Origin: a virus
Lineage: Duplodnaviria; Caudoviricetes
Virus record (IMG/VR): IMGVR_UViG_3300014205_000002
Location: 64,001-128,000 of that record
DNA: 64,000 nt
Reading direction: 5' to 3' (one strand)
Each line of letters begins with the position of its first letter. Position 1 is the first letter of the stretch. A program made the position numbers and the translations under genes. Below, in pieces: positions 10,251 through 19,847 of the stretch. The notes beneath the pieces are model-generated. The model did not search any database. It worked only from the letters and a program-made list of their open reading frames with translations, and was not told the DNA's origin.

Positions 10251-10658
10251 CTACCAGGGCGTCAGGCCGATGGCCTGGCGGAGTCCGGTGTGCAGAGCGG
10301 CCTCCTTGGTGTAGCACACGCGAACGGCCTTGGTCTTGCCGTCTCCGCCAGCGATGACGTTCTCGACAATGATGTACTTCCAGTCCGTGACGCGCCGGTG
10401 GTGAAATGAGCCGTCCGAGAAGGACAGGCCGGGTTCATCTTTGACCTTGCCGTCGGTCTCAAACAGGACCGTCTTCGCGGATACCGCATTCTGCATCTGG
10501 ATGCACGCCTCGCCGTCGCGGAGGCTGATGCCGAAGGCCTGGGTGTTCTCGGTGATGCGCACGAAGCGCGTCGCGCGCGTCACCTTGGGTGTGAGCTCCT
10601 GAATGAGGTCTACCACCCACGCCGGGGTCTCGATCCGCTGGGCCTTCTTGATCTCCAC
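10251..10658 (-). CDS. Hypothetical protein (start revised to GTG, VEIKKA)
   Basis: AAGGAGG RBS directly after the upstream stop. Confidence 0.6.
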   Translation of the reverse strand: MEIKKAQRIETPAWVVDLIQELTPKVTRATRFVRITENTQAFGISLRDGEACIQMQNAVSAKTVLFETDGKVKDEPGLSFSDGSFHHRRVTDWKYIIVENVIAGGDGKTKAVRVCYTKEAALHTGLRQAIGLTPW

Positions 10659-10668
10659 GAGTTCCTCC

Positions 10669-11907
10669 TTAGAATGTGACCGCGGCGAGCGCGGGGATAC
10701 CGAAGACGTTTCCGACCTGATTGAGGGAAGCCTTGACCTGATCGGCACTGGCGGCCCCGGCCACCAGAAGGATACCACCCACGATCATGTCGGTGTCGAG
10801 CTCGGGAGCAGCGAGGGCATTGTCGCTGAACCCCTGAGAGAGCGCGAACTTGAACTGATGGGATCCGCCTTGCATGGGCGGAATCACCAGCGTCGCCACG
10901 GTGAGCTGTCCAAGGTCGTACAGGAATCCGCCCACCGCGTCGTCGATCTGGTCGGTGAAGCCAGCGGCGGCATCGAGCGTGCCGGTGACGAGATCGCCCA
11001 CCGAGTCGAGCCCGCGCGTCACGGCGTTGCCGACGTCGCCGAGGATTGCGCCGGCGTTGTCGAGGATGTTTGCGGCCGTAGCCGCGAGCTGGGCGGCACC
11101 CGGCACGAGCTCGTTGACGGCCTCGCCGACGGTGATGGCCTTCCAGTCGTCGAACACCTGGTCGCCGCCCATCTCTTTGAGGTCGGAGAAGGGATCCACC
11201 GGCGGCACCACTGCGGGCGGCGTGCCGTCCGGGGAGGCGAACAGCTGACTGAGCCAGTCGCCTTCCGCGAGATCCTTGAAGCTGGAGCTGTTCCACCAGT
11301 TCATCAGGTCGGTCTGCTCCTTGGTCCAAAGTTCCTCGGGCAGGCTCGCCAGCTCCACGAATTCCTGGGCGAGCGCCTGCAAGGGCGGCGAGCCCGAGAA
11401 GATGGCCCCGAGCGAGTCGGTAATAGTGGTGCCCTTGCCGCCCATCAGGGCCGCGATGGTCGCCATCGCCGCGAGGATCTGGACGCGGCCGCCGGCGAGC
11501 ATGAGGAAAACCCCACCCGTCCAGGCGCTCTCGCCGAACTGGGGGCGATCGGCGTCGGTTGTATCCGAGAGCGCCCGCGCCATCGTGCTGCGCAGGTAAG
11601 GGTATCCGCCGTAGTCGGGCATCGGCAGATAGGCGTACACGCCGGTCTGCCAGGTGTCCTCAAGGAAACCTGCGGCCGCCTGGGCGAGCGCGTTCGTTGG
11701 CTCGGTGCGACTGGCTATCTCGTCGGTATACCAGGCCTTCAAGCGGTTGTTCACGCTCCGGGCTTTGAGCGCGGAGTCGCGCACCGGCTGAAAGAAGGCG
11801 GAGGTCGCATCCTTGGCGGCATTGGCGAGGCCCGACCACTGCACGTTGGTGCCAGGGATGTCGAGTGCCTGGAAATCGGCCGAGAGCCAGAAGGGCTTGA
11901 CGGTCAT
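10669..11907 (-). CDS. Putative baseplate-region protein with two similar modules
   Basis: 412 aa; two YLP/VIP..GG..RPQ/APE..GG-hydrophobic modules; in the spike operon. Confidence 0.45.
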   Translation of the reverse strand: MTVKPFWLSADFQALDIPGTNVQWSGLANAAKDATSAFFQPVRDSALKARSVNNRLKAWYTDEIASRTEPTNALAQAAAGFLEDTWQTGVYAYLPMPDYGGYPYLRSTMARALSDTTDADRPQFGESAWTGGVFLMLAGGRVQILAAMATIAALMGGKGTTITDSLGAIFSGSPPLQALAQEFVELASLPEELWTKEQTDLMNWWNSSSFKDLAEGDWLSQLFASPDGTPPAVVPPVDPFSDLKEMGGDQVFDDWKAITVGEAVNELVPGAAQLAATAANILDNAGAILGDVGNAVTRGLDSVGDLVTGTLDAAAGFTDQIDDAVGGFLYDLGQLTVATLVIPPMQGGSHQFKFALSQGFSDNALAAPELDTDMIVGGILLVAGAASADQVKASLNQVGNVFGIPALAAVTF

Positions 11908-13505
11908 CAGCCGAGCCCTGTGAAGAACGTGAGGATGCCCCAGCTGAGGTCGTCCTCGCAGATGAACAGCAGTGCGCGCGTCTGGCCTGTGGGGCCCTCA
12001 TGGGCGGGCTGCGGATCCGAGCCTTGCAGCCCCTGGGCGAGGTCGGGGTCCATCGTCGCACCGAACTGGTTGATCGGCCCCTCATACTTGTAGACGTGGA
12101 TGTCGCCGAGTACGAGCATGCCGGCGATGCGGGTGGTCCAGCTCATGATGCGCGCGATGAACTTCGTGAAGTCGGCCAGCGCCTTCTCGATCGCCTTCAC
12201 GTAGTTGTCGAAGTAGTCGATCATGGCCTGGAGCCCCTGCCGCCTGAGCTCGGCCATGCCAGCGATGCGATCGATCATGGTCTTGAGGCCTGTGAGCAGC
12301 TCGACGGCCGTCTCCAGGAATCCGAAGGAGATACGGAAGGCGGGAATTGCCCCGCCGACCTTGTCGCGCTTCAAGAATATGAGCTTGCTGCCGTCCGTGG
12401 GGATCGGCAGGGGGCCGCCGGCGGGACCGCTGCCTCCGCCGCCCACTGCGACGGGATCCTGAATGATGAAGTCGCGCGGGGTCTCAACGTCGGACTGGCC
12501 GGACACACGCACCCGCAGCTTGCCGGTCAAGGCACCCTCGGGGATGGTCACGGTCACATAGTCGGCAGCGTAGTCGCCCTCTTCGGGAACGGCGTCGATC
12601 CCGAGGCCGAAGAAACCGCCGGGGAAGACCACACGGACGCCGCCTGGCTCGTCGGAGAAGGCGTCGCCGCGGATCGTGATGGTGCCGCCTGGCAGTCCGT
12701 AGGCAGGCGTCACCGCGTAGATGACGGGTGCATCCTTCGGCAGGATCACGACGACCTGGGGGGTGTAGACGGTGGGTTGACCCGCGACCGTCAAGCCGAC
12801 CTGCGCCGTCACCACGCCGTTCGGCACCTTGACCGTGAGCTGGAAGCCGCTGACCGCCATCGGAACCACGGGGATCGGCAGGCCGATCGCGTCAAAGAAC
12901 AGCACGCTGATGTCGCCCGCCACCGTGCCGAAGTTCTCGCCCGTGATGGTCAGGATCTTGCCGGGCTTGATTGAGGCCGGCGTGAAGGCGGCGATCGCAG
13001 GAGGCTGAGCTGCTTCCTCTTCCTCCTCCTCCTCGTCTAGCTCGCCGAAGAAGCCTTCCAGGCCCTCCCAGCCGGAATTCCCCGTCGCGAAGAAGATCAG
13101 GGCCCGCGCGGGCTCGGTTGGTCCGCCATTGGAGCCCGCCAGGCCCGCCTGGAACTTGGTCGTGACATGCTCATGCATCTCGCTGATCGTGCCTTCGTAC
13201 TGGTAGATGCTCACGCCGCCGTCGAGCAGTCCGTCCTTCAACTCCAGGACCTTGGAGGCGAGGAGCGCGAGGATCACCGCGATGAAGGCCGTGGGGCTAC
13301 CCAGTAGGCCGAGCAGCGCCATCACTACGCCCAAGACCGCCATCATCACGAACTTCTGGATTCGGAGTAGATTCGCGATCAGGTCGAGCACGGGCCGCAC
13401 CAGTCCGACCAGGCCCGCGAGCTGGCCGAGCAGATCGAAGATGCCCTCAAGCCCAGGCACGAGCGCGCCCAGACTTCCTTTGGTCTTGAACTCAAAAACG
13501 GCCAC
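11907..13505 (-). CDS. Virion protein with two IPT/TIG (Ig-like) domains
   Basis: PAIAAFTPASIKPGKILTITGENFG..VKVP and PVIYAVTPAYGLPGGTITIRGDAF..VTIPEGA. Confidence 0.75.
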   Translation of the reverse strand: MAVFEFKTKGSLGALVPGLEGIFDLLGQLAGLVGLVRPVLDLIANLLRIQKFVMMAVLGVVMALLGLLGSPTAFIAVILALLASKVLELKDGLLDGGVSIYQYEGTISEMHEHVTTKFQAGLAGSNGGPTEPARALIFFATGNSGWEGLEGFFGELDEEEEEEEAAQPPAIAAFTPASIKPGKILTITGENFGTVAGDISVLFFDAIGLPIPVVPMAVSGFQLTVKVPNGVVTAQVGLTVAGQPTVYTPQVVVILPKDAPVIYAVTPAYGLPGGTITIRGDAFSDEPGGVRVVFPGGFFGLGIDAVPEEGDYAADYVTVTIPEGALTGKLRVRVSGQSDVETPRDFIIQDPVAVGGGGSGPAGGPLPIPTDGSKLIFLKRDKVGGAIPAFRISFGFLETAVELLTGLKTMIDRIAGMAELRRQGLQAMIDYFDNYVKAIEKALADFTKFIARIMSWTTRIAGMLVLGDIHVYKYEGPINQFGATMDPDLAQGLQGSDPQPAHEGPTGQTRALLFICEDDLSWGILTFFTGLG

Positions 13506-13514
13506 GGGGGCTCC

Positions 13515-13772
13515 TTATCCGATCGGCGGGGTGGTGGGGCTGCCCTGGTTGCCGTTGCCATGAATGTGACCCGTATGAGTCAGATCCAGTGCCGTGAAAA
13601 TGGGCGTGAAGATGGTCGTCATGTAGATATTGAGGTGGGTCACGATCTCCGTGACCGTCGCCTCTTTGGAGCGATCGTCCTTCGGCTGAATGGTCGCGAG
13701 CAGGCTCGCGAGCAGGGTGGCCTGGGCCGTCTGAGAGAGTGCCGCGAACTGGGGCGCGGTAAGCATCGGCAT
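13515..13772 (-). CDS. Small spike-tip-like protein (HxxHxH..GSPTTPP end)
   Basis: C-terminus HTGHIHGNGNQGSPTTPP resembles the metal-binding apex of gpV/gp45 spikes; AGGAG RBS. Confidence 0.55.
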   Translation of the reverse strand: MPMLTAPQFAALSQTAQATLLASLLATIQPKDDRSKEATVTEIVTHLNIYMTTIFTPIFTALDLTHTGHIHGNGNQGSPTTPPIG

Positions 13773-13781
13773 GATCGTCTC

Positions 13782-14960
13782 CTACGGCCCGGGGATATCG
13801 CCGCCGGTGGGGTCGTGCTGGGGGAACTGCACGTTGAGGAACACGCGCGAGAGGAAGTCGGGCACCGGCGGGAACGGGAAGATCATGCCGCAGCCGGGGA
13901 TGGTCGGCCCGCCGAAGGGCTGCGCGTTCACGGTCAGCTGCGTGTTCATGAAGAACTCGACGCTCTTGAGGTAGGCGTAGAGCTGCTCGCCCATCGGGGC
14001 CATCTCCGAGGTGGTGACGCCGCCCATGTAGTTCTTGTTGCAGTTCTGAACGAAGGTGCCGTCGACGTCGCGGGTCTCGTCGCCGCCGACAACCGTCCGG
14101 ACGTTTCCGACGATCCCCTCGCCCTTGTTGCCCATGATCTGGCTGACCTGATCGCGGCGCAGGTAGATGTGCTGGTCGCCGTTCTGGTCGATGCCGACGG
14201 TGTAGACGGGTTCCTTGGACTCCTTGTCGAGAAGCTTGAGTGTGATGAAGTCGTCGGTGACTGGATCCTTGCCGATGATGATCTCGACGTCGTGGACGCC
14301 CGCCCAGGTCTTTGTGCCCTTGGCGTTGCCTTTGACGTGCAGCCGGGTGGCCCCGCCCTCGTTGACGAAGCGCATCTCGCCCCAGTCGGAGAACAGATCG
14401 AAGTTGCGCGATACCATCCGTGCGAGATCGTCTGCCTGGCTGAATAGCAGCTGGCAGAGATCGGAGACCTTGATGCCCGCGACGCCGCCGCGCCCGGCGA
14501 AGATCGTGGAGCCCTCGGGTGTGCGGAAGCCCATGTCGCCCGCGATCAGATCGCTCGGGCGATGGGAGCGGAAGTTGGGGCCGCCGCCGTGATCCAGGGC
14601 CCTATAGGCCTTGGCCGTACCCGTGAGATTCAGGAAGGTGTTGACCTCGTCGGCGTAGTCGTCGCGCTCGGCCGAGACCCCACCTTTGAATAGCGTCGGC
14701 CCCGGCATGAAGCTCTGGATCGACGGTACGCCCATCGCCTTGCTTTTCTGGGCGCGCCAGCCCGGAATCGGGGTCGAGAAGTCACCCTCGCCGTCGGGCC
14801 CGACCATGCCCTGCAATGGCAGGCCAGGCTGGATACTGTCCCCCGACGACATGACGTCGGCGACCTGGCGTACCGGGTCGACGCCCAGGACGGTCTCGTA
14901 TGAACCACCCTGATCGGACTTGAACGCCTCGTAAGGATTGACGGGAGGTTTTTCGCTCAC
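13782..14960 (-). CDS. Baseplate central spike, gp5/gpV-like (start revised to GTG 14960)
   Basis: OB-like N-terminus (VLGVDPVRQVADV); beta-helix repeats VGNVRTVVGGDETRDVDGTF; GGGAG RBS. Confidence 0.6.
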   Translation of the reverse strand: MSEKPPVNPYEAFKSDQGGSYETVLGVDPVRQVADVMSSGDSIQPGLPLQGMVGPDGEGDFSTPIPGWRAQKSKAMGVPSIQSFMPGPTLFKGGVSAERDDYADEVNTFLNLTGTAKAYRALDHGGGPNFRSHRPSDLIAGDMGFRTPEGSTIFAGRGGVAGIKVSDLCQLLFSQADDLARMVSRNFDLFSDWGEMRFVNEGGATRLHVKGNAKGTKTWAGVHDVEIIIGKDPVTDDFITLKLLDKESKEPVYTVGIDQNGDQHIYLRRDQVSQIMGNKGEGIVGNVRTVVGGDETRDVDGTFVQNCNKNYMGGVTTSEMAPMGEQLYAYLKSVEFFMNTQLTVNAQPFGGPTIPGCGMIFPFPPVPDFLSRVFLNVQFPQHDPTGGDIPGP

Positions 14961-15023
14961 ACGCTCTCCCAACGGACGATTGGTAGTACCATACTGGAGG
15001 CAGTATATCACAAGGAGACGACC

Positions 15024-15356
15024 ATGCCCCAGGACCCGTCGTTCAGGAAGTTTATCGAGGCGATCGCGCGGCAGCGCAAGGGTGTCGCGGATCTGGAGTT
15101 CCCCGCGTTTGAGGGCAAGGTCGGGGCGTCGGCGCGGGCCACCAGCAAGCTGCTGGCCGAAGCCAAGAAGACGACCAGTCCCCAGCGGCGCGCATGCATC
15201 CAGCAGGCCCTCGACATGATGAAGGCGGCCGAGCGCGCCATCGACATGCGAAACATGACCCACAAAGACTACATGCAGGCTTACAGCACCTCGCAGATCT
15301 CCCAGGAGCGCTACGAAAAGAGCCGCCTTGCACGCTTTGAGTCCGGCCGGTATTGA
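15024..15356 (+). CDS. Small basic hypothetical protein
   Basis: AAGGAG RBS; 110 aa; divergent from the spike operon. Confidence 0.6.
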   Translation: MPQDPSFRKFIEAIARQRKGVADLEFPAFEGKVGASARATSKLLAEAKKTTSPQRRACIQQALDMMKAAERAIDMRNMTHKDYMQAYSTSQISQERYEKSRLARFESGRY

Positions 15357-15387
15357 CGGCCTATAATAAGGGCAGGAGGGCCTCACC

Positions 15388-15837
15388 TTGGCCGTTGGAT
15401 TCGCATCCGGCACCTTTGAGAAGATCGCCGAGGGCGTCTTTCGGGTGCGACTCGCGCAGGGGTTCGCCTCGGCGCATCCGGCCACGGGCATGGAAAAGCT
15501 CGCCTTCGAGGTCCTCTACACGCTGTTCTCAACCGAGGGCTCTTTGCCTTTCGATCCCACGAAGGGCACCCAGCTGATGGGCCTCGTCGGGCAGACGAAC
15601 TACGGGGCCGAGGACACCGACCTCGCGGCCACCATCACCGCCGAGGTAATCAAGGCGGAGAGCCAGGTGCTCGCGAGCCAGCTCGCCGCGACCCTGCCTG
15701 ATACAGAGCGCCTCAAGAGCCTGATTCTCGCCGAGGTAACGCTCGACCGTGACGAGCAGGAGGTGTCCTTTCGGATTGGCATCGTGAACGTCCTCGACGA
15801 GTTCGTGGGCCTTGAAATTGTGACGGAGGCTTCCTAG
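15388..15837 (+). CDS. Baseplate protein, gp25/gpW-like
   Basis: LFSTEGSLPFDPTKGT..LPDTERL motif; precedes the wedge gene; AGGAGG RBS with TTG start. Confidence 0.75.
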   Translation: MAVGFASGTFEKIAEGVFRVRLAQGFASAHPATGMEKLAFEVLYTLFSTEGSLPFDPTKGTQLMGLVGQTNYGAEDTDLAATITAEVIKAESQVLASQLAATLPDTERLKSLILAEVTLDRDEQEVSFRIGIVNVLDEFVGLEIVTEAS

Positions 15838-17300
15838 TGGCGACCATCAGCGATCTGATCCTGGCGCAGGCTGAGGCCTTCATCGAGGCCGCCATCAAGG
15901 CGCGCTACCCGGAGCTGGATCTGCGCAAGGGCACGCCCCAATGGGATCTGCTCGTCAATCCGCATCTGCCGATCATCTCGGAGATCGTGGGCCTGCTCAA
16001 CGATGCCGACCGCAAGAAGACCTTGCTGTCAGCCTCGGAGATGACCGACACCGAGCTGAATGCCCGCGGCGAGTTCTACTTCGTGCCGCGCAACGGCGGG
16101 GACATCGCGTCGGGCTCGATCCGGCTCAAGTTCAACGCGCCGCGCGACGTCGCGCTCACGACCGGGGCCACCGCGACCCAGGCCGGCCTCGTCTATCACC
16201 CGGTCGTCGACGTCTCGCGCGCCGACACGGCTCTTGCGCAGGATCCCGCCCTGGGCTTCTACTACGTCGACCTGGTGATCGCTGCGGAGCTGGCTGGCGC
16301 AGACTACGACACCATCGTCGGCACCTCGTTCGAGATCGCTGAGTTCGCGGGCGACCCCACCTTCATCGAGGCGATCGCCGTCTCGCCGATCCAGGGTGGC
16401 CTCGACGACGAGCAGCCAGACGACTACTACAACCGCATCGTCGACTCGCAGACGGCGCGCAATCTGGTTTCGGATCGCTCGACCAGCGCGATGCTGCGCT
16501 CGGAGTTCAAAGGCGTGATCAAGAAGGTCCTTGTGATCGGCTACCAGGATCCCGAGATGCGCCGCGACCTCATGCGCGTGGTCGACGCCACCTTGAACGA
16601 GACCATCAGCTTCCACCGCGGCGGGCACACGGACGTGTACGTCCACACGCCGATCGTCAGGCAGGCCGTCGAGCTTGAGGTACCCGAGGATCTCCACATC
16701 GACCTCTCGGCCTACCGGGCGATCTTGAAGATCCATTCCGTCAGCCTGAAAGACGACCCCACGACCCAGCCCTTCTACCAGCTGGTCGACACCGATGTGC
16801 TCACGCGCTACAGCGCCACCGACCCCGCGCGCCTGATGGTCGACCCCGCCGCCGCCGGCCAGACCGTCGTCGTCGACATCTCCTACGCGCCGGACGTCGT
16901 CGCGATCCACGAGTTCGTGAACGGCCCCGATCAGCGCGTCTCCAATGCGGACATGCTCGTGCGCCACTTCTACCCGGCCTGGGTCAGCATGAACGCCTAT
17001 GTCGAGGGCGCGGCCGGCAAGGAGACGGGCATCCTCAAAGCGATCGGCAGCTACCTCGATCAGCTCACCGGCGAGGAGTCGCTCGTGATCTCGCGTGTGA
17101 CCGACGCCATGCATGAAGAGGCGATCGTTGGCGTCCATCAGGACTATGAGGTCAGTGTCCAGCTCTACTTCGGCGATGGCGAGGAGATCGAGATCGCCTC
17201 GGGCGTCGCGCTCGATCTGCCGAACCGGCCGGACAAGGGGTTCAGTCCGCGCCTGGCGGTCTTTGTGGCCGAGGGTGTCGTGGTAACGCCGCTCTCATGA
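15837..17300 (+). CDS. Baseplate wedge protein, gpJ/gp6-like
   Basis: LDLRKGT..DLL, GGLDDE..YYNRI, GGHTDVYV; follows the gp25-like gene. Confidence 0.75.
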   Translation: MATISDLILAQAEAFIEAAIKARYPELDLRKGTPQWDLLVNPHLPIISEIVGLLNDADRKKTLLSASEMTDTELNARGEFYFVPRNGGDIASGSIRLKFNAPRDVALTTGATATQAGLVYHPVVDVSRADTALAQDPALGFYYVDLVIAAELAGADYDTIVGTSFEIAEFAGDPTFIEAIAVSPIQGGLDDEQPDDYYNRIVDSQTARNLVSDRSTSAMLRSEFKGVIKKVLVIGYQDPEMRRDLMRVVDATLNETISFHRGGHTDVYVHTPIVRQAVELEVPEDLHIDLSAYRAILKIHSVSLKDDPTTQPFYQLVDTDVLTRYSATDPARLMVDPAAAGQTVVVDISYAPDVVAIHEFVNGPDQRVSNADMLVRHFYPAWVSMNAYVEGAAGKETGILKAIGSYLDQLTGEESLVISRVTDAMHEEAIVGVHQDYEVSVQLYFGDGEEIEIASGVALDLPNRPDKGFSPRLAVFVAEGVVVTPLS

Positions 17301-17356
17301 CGACGGGTGTATAATTTAGGTCAAAAACACCTATAACTACTTTGAAGGCGAACTTT

Positions 17357-17398
17357 ACGTCCCTCTTGGCCCGCAAGGCCAGGGGGGACGTGTCTTTT
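17357..17398 (+). terminator. Intrinsic terminator at the late/early boundary
   Basis: 15-bp stem ACGTCCCTCTTGGCC / GGCCAGGGGGGACGT followed by GTCTTTT. Confidence 0.6.
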
Positions 17399-17409
17399 AG
17401 GAGGTTTCC

Positions 17410-17679
17410 ATGCCCATCTGGTCCGTCTGGTTTTTTTATGGCCGCGACAGGCCACTTCCCTACTGGGAAGACCCAGAGGCCCGCTACGTGGACTGGCCGG
17501 CGTTCGATTCGGCTGGCGCGCTTCCGGCGCGCTCGCGGCGCATCCTCGCACCAGCTCCCATCGCTCTCGGTCGCGGTCGACCGAAGCCAGCGCCATCCCG
17601 TAAGTCCCCCGCCGCCCCGCCTGCCGCCTTCGTCCTCGACGTCGTCGTCTGGCTTGAAGAGTTCGACCTCGCCGCCTAG
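17410..17679 (+). CDS. Hypothetical protein
   Basis: AGGAGG RBS; 89 aa. Confidence 0.5.
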   Translation: MPIWSVWFFYGRDRPLPYWEDPEARYVDWPAFDSAGALPARSRRILAPAPIALGRGRPKPAPSRKSPAAPPAAFVLDVVVWLEEFDLAA

Positions 17680-17733
17680 TCCTGTCCGGGCATCACTGTC
17701 GTTGGCACAGCCAGCAGAAAAAGGAGTCCATCC

Positions 17734-18495
17734 ATGTTCAATATCGACGCACAGCAGAAGGCCATCGTCGCCGCCGGAGCCGCCCTCGTCGCCATCGCCG
17801 GCTCGGCCATCGCCGCCGGCGTGTACCTCTCGGATGCCACCAACCGCGATCACCTCAGCACCGAGGCCGGCAAGGCCGCCGACGCCGTCAAGGAGGCGGC
17901 CACGAACCTCGCCGCGAACCTGAACCCCTTCGCCAAGGCGGCGGCCCCTGCGGCCGCACCCACGCCTCCCACGAAGGCCCAGGCGGTACGTGTCGAGCCC
18001 ACCGTCATCAAGCCGGAGCCGCAGCCCAAGAACCGCGCCCTGACGCACTACAAGCTCGGCGACTACACACTCTCGGCCCTGGAGGTGTCACCCGGCGTCA
18101 TCGAGCTGGACATGTGGATCGAGGGCACGGGCATCCTGCCGCTCGCCCGGGAGGTCTTCGGCCGAGGGCCCGGCGAGGTGCGCATCGGCGCGGACTTGCT
18201 CGACGCCCATGTCCTGAGCTTCACCAACTGGTACAACAAGTCGCGCTACTCGGATCTGTTCGTCGCCGCAGCCCGCGAACTGGCGGGCCATCACCGCATT
18301 GAGACCCGCGATCACGCGCGGGCCGCCACGATTCTCTGGGAGCCCGCCGGGGGCGGCGTCATCGTCGCCACCGGCTTCAACTATCCCAGCAAGCCCGAGA
18401 AGTGCTGGGTCGAGTTCTCGGCCGACCGCACGCGCCGCCTGGAGGGCGCGGAGGCGGTCATGCTGCTCGCCGTCGGTCAGCAGGTCGCCGCCTGA
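17734..18495 (+). CDS. Membrane-anchored exported protein
   Basis: N-terminal hydrophobic helix, Ala/Pro-rich linker, globular C-terminal domain; AAAGGAG RBS. Confidence 0.65.
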   Translation: MFNIDAQQKAIVAAGAALVAIAGSAIAAGVYLSDATNRDHLSTEAGKAADAVKEAATNLAANLNPFAKAAAPAAAPTPPTKAQAVRVEPTVIKPEPQPKNRALTHYKLGDYTLSALEVSPGVIELDMWIEGTGILPLAREVFGRGPGEVRIGADLLDAHVLSFTNWYNKSRYSDLFVAAARELAGHHRIETRDHARAATILWEPAGGGVIVATGFNYPSKPEKCWVEFSADRTRRLEGAEAVMLLAVGQQVAA

Positions 18496-18731
18496 TGGCC
18501 GGGTTCACACGCCTCTGCTCATGTCGAGCCGCCCTTCACCACCTCGTTTTGGCCCTGCGCCTGGTGGAGGGTGAGAACCCCGGTGTCACCCTCAAGCAGG
18601 CCCTGGATTCGCCGGCGATCGCCGCGCGTCTCCAGGGCCTCGCAGGCCGCGCGGTGCGGCCGTAAATACCCCCTGGCGAACCAACTTCGCCGCAGTGGGA
18701 CTGCGAAAGCGGACTCACAAGAAAGGACCCC

Positions 18732-19409
18732 ATGACCACGAACACCACCACCAGCTCCTTCGTCGGCAAGAAGGCCGAGCGCGCGGCCGCCCAGGCGCTC
18801 GCCGCATCACTGCCTCTCCAGCACACGCTCTCGCGCATGATCGACGAGAAGCTCATTGCCAACAAGCGCACGCTCGCCCGGGCGAACGAGGCGATCATCA
18901 CCCCCGGCGACGTCACCCGCAACGGCGGCATCCTTGAAGCCCTGCGCGCCAAGCTGATTGGCGGTGTCTGCGGCGACGTGGATCGCTTCGTCAGTTGGAC
19001 CTTTGACGACATCATCGTATTCATGTTCGTCTCCGGCATCTGCGCGCCGATGGTGTTGGATCTGGAAGCCTCTGGCGAGAAGACCGTGGCGAAGGTCATC
19101 CGGACGACACTGGAGCTCTTGAAGAACCACCCAGCTCTGGATATCGACCCCAAGGGCATCACCGACGAGGCCGAGGCAGAGCGCTGCCAGGAGCTGGACG
19201 CTATGATCCAGGGTATGATCGCGAACCAGCCGCCCAGCGAGGAGCTGAGCGAGCACATTAGCGTTCTGCGCAGCTATGGCGATCCAGCAACGTTCGCGCG
19301 GGCCGTACGGGCGGCGCTGTATCTCCACTGCCGAGTGGCCCAGGCCTACGGGCTCACGCCCAAACGTTTCTACACCACGGTCGGGTCCGTCTGGGCTCAG
19401 GAAGGATAG
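18732..19409 (+). CDS. Hypothetical protein
   Basis: GAAAGGA RBS; 225 aa. Confidence 0.7.
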   Translation: MTTNTTTSSFVGKKAERAAAQALAASLPLQHTLSRMIDEKLIANKRTLARANEAIITPGDVTRNGGILEALRAKLIGGVCGDVDRFVSWTFDDIIVFMFVSGICAPMVLDLEASGEKTVAKVIRTTLELLKNHPALDIDPKGITDEAEAERCQELDAMIQGMIANQPPSEELSEHISVLRSYGDPATFARAVRAALYLHCRVAQAYGLTPKRFYTTVGSVWAQEG

Positions 19410-19413
19410 GCCT

Positions 19414-19755
19414 ATGCCGAACCTCATTCTGCATGCGGCGGGGGCGGCCACGCTCACCGGCCGTCACCCCAGTACCGGCCACGACCTGGTACTGCCGGCG
19501 GGCAATATCCGCATCGGCCAGGAATTCCAGACAAAGTCGATGATCGACGGCCGCGAGGTCATCGCCATCGCCTTCGCCGATGTTCGCCGACAGCCGGCGG
19601 ACCCTCGGACCATGATTCAGTGCAAGACGCGGGACGGCGAGATCTTCTCGCACGTCGTCTGCGACGACCTGATCGTCGCCCTGCGTGGCGACATCTTCAA
19701 GCTGGCGCAGCAACTCGATATCGTTATCCCGCGCCGCGATCGGCGCACCGCCTAG
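19414..19755 (+). CDS. Hypothetical protein (start MPNLIL)
   Basis: GAAGGA RBS. Confidence 0.6.
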   Translation: MPNLILHAAGAATLTGRHPSTGHDLVLPAGNIRIGQEFQTKSMIDGREVIAIAFADVRRQPADPRTMIQCKTRDGEIFSHVVCDDLIVALRGDIFKLAQQLDIVIPRRDRRTA

Positions 19756-19774
19756 CGGGTCCTGCTGCCCCTTG

Positions 19775-19829
19775 AGGGCCGGGGGCACCGTCGCCTTGTG
19801 CGGCGGTGCCCCCGCAGGCCCTTTGCTTT
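19775..19829 (+). terminator. Intrinsic terminator
   Basis: 14-bp stem GGGGGCACCGTCGC / GCGGCGGTGCCCCC, outer AGGGCC/GGCCCT, then a T-rich tail. Confidence 0.65.
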
Positions 19830-19847
19830 AGCTCCCGAGGAGATCCT

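Noticed and set aside
14961-15491. N-terminal 177 aa of the 569-aa spike ORF
   Set aside because: Overlaps two plus-strand genes with good RBSs; GTG at 14960 has its own RBS.
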